This document shows positions 61,080 through 64,000 of a DNA stretch of 64,000 bases, one piece after another (position 1 is the first letter of the stretch; every line of letters begins with the position of its first letter). The position numbers were made by a program, and so were the translations under genes. The DNA lies in contig CAZYTL010000004.1 in NCBI GenBank assembly GCA_964650355.1, positions 3,912-67,911 on the forward strand. Reading direction: 5' to 3'. The notes under the pieces are model-generated. The model searched no databases, was not told the origin of the DNA, and worked only from the letters and a program-made list of their open reading frames with translations. This stretch comes from an uncultured Gammaproteobacteria bacterium. GTDB lineage: Bacteria > Patescibacteriota > Microgenomatia > CAYXHB01 > CAZYTL01.

Positions 61080-61398
61080 ATGTCTTTCAAGAAAGTTTTG
61101 TTCGTCACCCTGACCCTCGCAGCCCTTCTGGCCCTCGTACCGACGGCCGCCCTGGCCGCTCCCCCGACCGATCCCCCCCCAGCCACGCAACAACCCGAAA
61201 ATCGGGTGCGTCTACACAAGCGGCGACTCGACTGAGGGCCATATGGGGATGTATAACTACACATCCGCATACTGTGCGCCGAGAACGGGGAAATCGGGGA
61301 GATGGGTCCTCCAGACGCAATACTACCAGGGAAAAACGTTCGACGGCCATTCCATCCGTGATCAAGGGGGGCTCTACAACGGCAGGACCCCCTACTAA
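61080..61398 (+). CDS. Small secreted protein (105 aa if C8 is read as C7), frameshifted at 61173-61180
   Basis: SD AGGAGGT at 61067-73; signal peptide MSFKKVLF...AALA; the shifted frame is open to TAA 61396-98 (QPRNNPKIGCVY...YCAPRTG...NGRTPY*). Confidence 0.7.
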
Positions 61399-61404
61399 CC
61401 AAAT

Positions 61405-61434
61405 AGACGAAGGCTCCAATTGGAGCCTTCGTCT
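61405..61434. other. Perfect 30-bp palindrome after the stop codon (stabilising or terminator-like hairpin, no clear U-tract)
   Basis: AGACGAAGGCTCCAA|TTGGAGCCTTCGTCT. Confidence 0.8.
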
Positions 61435-61661
61435 CCCCTTAAAACTGGCACCACGACATTGTGCCAGAAAAACTGTGAATCAACCAACTTGCCTGCTGCC
61501 TTTCTTTCCTATCAAGAACACCAAATCCTCAGAAACCTAATCAACCACCGTCGGCAATCGAGGCTACCTCATACCTCATTAACCTCTAACTCTAAATTCT
61601 TCTTCTTCTATCTTCCACAAACAAAAAATGCTACTCTGTTATTAAGACTCCATCTCCCATC

Positions 61662-61988
61662 ATGTCCCCATCAAAATCCCAGCCTGCCACTCCTTCTAAC
61701 CCTCAAATTCTTCACTATGTTGCCGGAACTATTCTTTTCATTCTCTACGTAGGCTTCAACTTCATTCTTCAGGATCTCTCTATGCAGGCACCGCAATCCC
61801 TCTTCGCTCGATTTTTTTCCTCGGCCTTCTTTCCTATCCAATTCGTGGTCGTTCTCGCTATCTACCTCATCCTAAGAAAGAAATCCCCTCACCTGGCTTA
61901 CGGATTCCTGGCCGGACTTTTTACTTTGATTCTCTTCTTTGTCGATATCATAGTTGAACTAACTATCCATCCTCCTGACGAACCTTAA
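61662..61988 (+). CDS. Small 3-TM membrane protein
   Basis: Hydrophobic 108-aa ORF. Confidence 0.65.
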   Translation: MSPSKSQPATPSNPQILHYVAGTILFILYVGFNFILQDLSMQAPQSLFARFFSSAFFPIQFVVVLAIYLILRKKSPHLAYGFLAGLFTLILFFVDIIVELTIHPPDEP

Positions 61989-61994
61989 CTAACT

Positions 61995-62186
61995 ATGAAC
62001 ATCCTTATTTCTACCCTCAAAGTCATCTCTATCTTCATCGTGGTCGGTTCACTCCACGCCGGTGCTTACGCCCTCTGCAGTTATCTGCTGGGCGAGCCTT
62101 CATCCGTCTCAGTCTTTTTTATTCCCTTGCTTCCCTTTTACCTCATCTCCGCTTATCTCATCCTCAAATTACCGACCCTAAAGTAA
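61995..62186 (+). CDS. Small membrane protein, possibly truncated
   Basis: 63-aa hydrophobic ORF running into the convergent UbiA stop. Confidence 0.45.
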   Translation: MNILISTLKVISIFIVVGSLHAGAYALCSYLLGEPSSVSVFFIPLLPFYLISAYLILKLPTLK

Positions 62187-63053
62187 TAACCACCCATACC
62201 ATCCCAATAACAAGTAGCCCCCTACCCTGACTGTCAATTTCTGTGATAACAGCTTCGGATTCCACACCACCATCGTTTGAGCAATTACCAACAACCCAGC
62301 CCATCCTCCCCATCCCAGCCATCCATTAACTTGCCCTTTCATCAAATACCAACTCACACCCGAACAAACCAAACCCAGTCCCCAACTCAATATCACCAAC
62401 CTCTTCACGCCCCACACCACTGCTAACGTTCGCTTCCCGTATTTCCGGTCACCCTTGATATCCTTCACATCTGCGTACAGCATCCAAGCCCCGTAAACCA
62501 TCGATAAACTCATCAATACCCCGATCAAATTCAAATTCCAGTTCTGTAATCCCATCATCCCTGGCACCAACGCATAACCCAGCACCATCACCCCGATTTT
62601 TCCCATTGGTCTATGAGCCAGCTTTCCCCGCGAATAAACCCATCCCAGAATCAACAAAATCAAGGTGCCCCCCACCCACCACCACCTTTCTTCCATCATC
62701 ATCGCTAATCCCAAACTTAGTCCCCCACATCCCCCAGCCAGCCATTTCGCCGCCCTTGCTCCTATTCGGTTGCTTAACAAAGGATTCTTCCGTCGATTAA
62801 CCCGATCAATTTCTATATCGTCAACAAAATTCAGCGCTGAGGCCCATCCGTAAGCCAGCACCAATATCAACCCTCCCCATAACAACTGACTATCAAACTT
62901 CAATCTTCCGTCCAGCCTTAAACCTAACAGCCAAAAAATAATCATGCTCCTCCCGTTATATATCCTCAACAAAGCCATACATTGTTTCAGCCATCCTCTC
63001 ACTTGTTGCTGAAAAATCCAAAACTCTCTCATTACATCATCATATACTGCCAC
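62178..63053 (-). CDS. UbiA-family prenyltransferase
   Basis: NFVDDIEIDRVN and DVKDIKGD Asp-rich motifs; start uncertain. Confidence 0.88.
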   Translation of the reverse strand: MAVYDDVMREFWIFQQQVRGWLKQCMALLRIYNGRSMIIFWLLGLRLDGRLKFDSQLLWGGLILVLAYGWASALNFVDDIEIDRVNRRKNPLLSNRIGARAAKWLAGGCGGLSLGLAMMMEERWWWVGGTLILLILGWVYSRGKLAHRPMGKIGVMVLGYALVPGMMGLQNWNLNLIGVLMSLSMVYGAWMLYADVKDIKGDRKYGKRTLAVVWGVKRLVILSWGLGLVCSGVSWYLMKGQVNGWLGWGGWAGLLVIAQTMVVWNPKLLSQKLTVRVGGYLLLGWYGWLLL

Positions 63054-63148
63054 AATTCTCCTTTGCCAACCACCACAGCAAAAACAACGACTCCCATTCT
63101 CTATTATCTAACCACATTTTCCGCTCCACATCCTCACTACTCATCCAA

Positions 63149-63454
63149 TCAATCTCTGAAAGAAAACACTACATATCCCGGATCTACCCCTTCCACACCC
63201 GCCCTTAAACACGCCTGACACTCTACTCTCATTCGTCTCACATTATCAGTCTCGACTTCTTTTAAAGCACCACCATACCTAGGGATCCATTCCCGGACTG
63301 TATTCCGAAGCAAAGTACCTTTCCGCGGACTGGTGGTCAAAACATCATCCTCAAACTGAGTCTTAAAACATTTCCCCACTCCCGGACAAACTTCAATCCT
63401 TCCGTCAACATACCGGCTACATCTTTTGGAACTTTCTAAAGTCACAATTGGCAT
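63149..63454 (-). CDS. Hypothetical Cys-containing protein
   Basis: 101-aa ORF with five Cys including CQAC. Confidence 0.55.
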   Translation of the reverse strand: MPIVTLESSKRCSRYVDGRIEVCPGVGKCFKTQFEDDVLTTSPRKGTLLRNTVREWIPRYGGALKEVETDNVRRMRVECQACLRAGVEGVDPGYVVFSFRD

Positions 63455-63548
63455 AACACCTATACTTATAGTTTACTCCAGATATCCAAATTCCACCTCC
63501 TTCTAAGTCATCTTTCCTACCAAAAGCTTTCTTCGTCACCGATTCCCG

Positions 63549-64000
63549 CTACCCCTTAAACGCATACTTTTCGCCCGCCGGAATTTTCGTCAATATATCG
63601 TTCCAGTCCCCCAAATCTCCAGGCCAACCTTCATCTCCCGGCTGCTTACCTTTGGGAAGTGCTTCCTTAATATTACCGGGCAACGACTCCACTCCGGGTA
63701 TTACTTCCACTCCTTCAAGTTGGTCTTTAATCTGCTCGGTCAGTTTTCTTTGCGCAGCTTGCCCCGGTCCATCTAAATCCATGGCCAAAACTATCGTCTT
63801 AAAGGGATAGTAGTGTCGTAGAAAAGCCATCAATGCCGGATTATCGCAAGCACCAATCGCCACTGTTGCATACCGCACTGCAGGCACTAACAATTCATAA
63901 CTCCAGGCAGACAGTGGCCCTTCACACAAAACCAGTCTCCCATCTTCTGCTCCTACTTCCAACCGCCACTGATCCGGGTCTCTCATCGCAAACCCAGCAG
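63549..64000 (-). CDS. TOPRIM-domain (DnaG primase-like) protein, C-terminal part
   Basis: LCEGPL, LAMDLDGPGQ and GDWND motifs; the frame continues to the window edge. Confidence 0.75.
   Translation of the reverse strand, partial: AGFAMRDPDQWRLEVGAEDGRLVLCEGPLSAWSYELLVPAVRYATVAIGACDNPALMAFLRHYYPFKTIVLAMDLDGPGQAAQRKLTEQIKDQLEGVEVIPGVESLPGNIKEALPKGKQPGDEGWPGDLGDWNDILTKIPAGEKYAFKG

Larger units (their letters stand above)
60889..61502 (+). ncRNA. Putative highly structured transcript closed by a 13-bp long-range stem and containing an ORF
   Basis: AAGGCAGCAGGCA (60889-901) is the exact reverse complement of TGCCTGCTGCCTT (61490-502); at least five internal hairpins. Confidence 0.5.

Noticed and set aside
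60889-61502. Retron ncRNA, MITE/IS ends, or an rRNA/tmRNA/RNase P gene
   Set aside because: No RT or transposase nearby, no target-site duplication visible, and no conserved motifs of those RNAs that I can recognise. An Rfam search is still needed.
60986-61540. 184-aa + strand ORF and overlapping - strand ORFs
   Set aside because: No SD and low-complexity translations; better explained by the frameshifted signal-peptide gene and a GC-rich structured RNA.
1-64000. Integron cassette array or prophage
   Set aside because: Gene orientations are mixed, and I found no attC-like repeats, integrase or virion genes.

Overview
Accessory-rich chromosomal segment, most plausibly from a Patescibacteria/CPR (Microgenomates-like) genome. 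This is inferred from the orphan-rich gene content, the extreme C>G skew on the + strand and the -10 boxes abutting start codons. It holds about 60 CDS. These include an AT-rich defence-like block (HEPN-like, Abi-alpha-like, BrnT/BrnA), an SPP-like HAD plus GH100 pair, a radical SAM enzyme, secreted and surface proteins, a GT2/deacetylase/GT-C operon, a MacAB-type exporter whose ATPase carries a cNMP-binding domain, Crp/Fnr, an MgtA-like ATPase, a PAS kinase, VKOR, DUF389, YkuK, DUF72, UbiA and a partial TOPRIM gene. I found no rRNA, tRNA, CRISPR array, integrase or transposase. The most unusual locus is 60789-61502. A consensus sigma70 promoter, a hairpin and a near-perfect rrn-type boxA are followed by a 13-bp long-range stem. 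The stem encloses a highly structured message of about 610 nt that encodes a small secreted protein interrupted at a C8 tract, so it resembles a pre-rRNA expression unit wrapped around an mRNA. A second recurring pattern is three cargo blocks, each bracketed by diverged partial gene copies, suggesting recombinase-free gene capture. Four homopolymer frameshifts may be sequencing errors.
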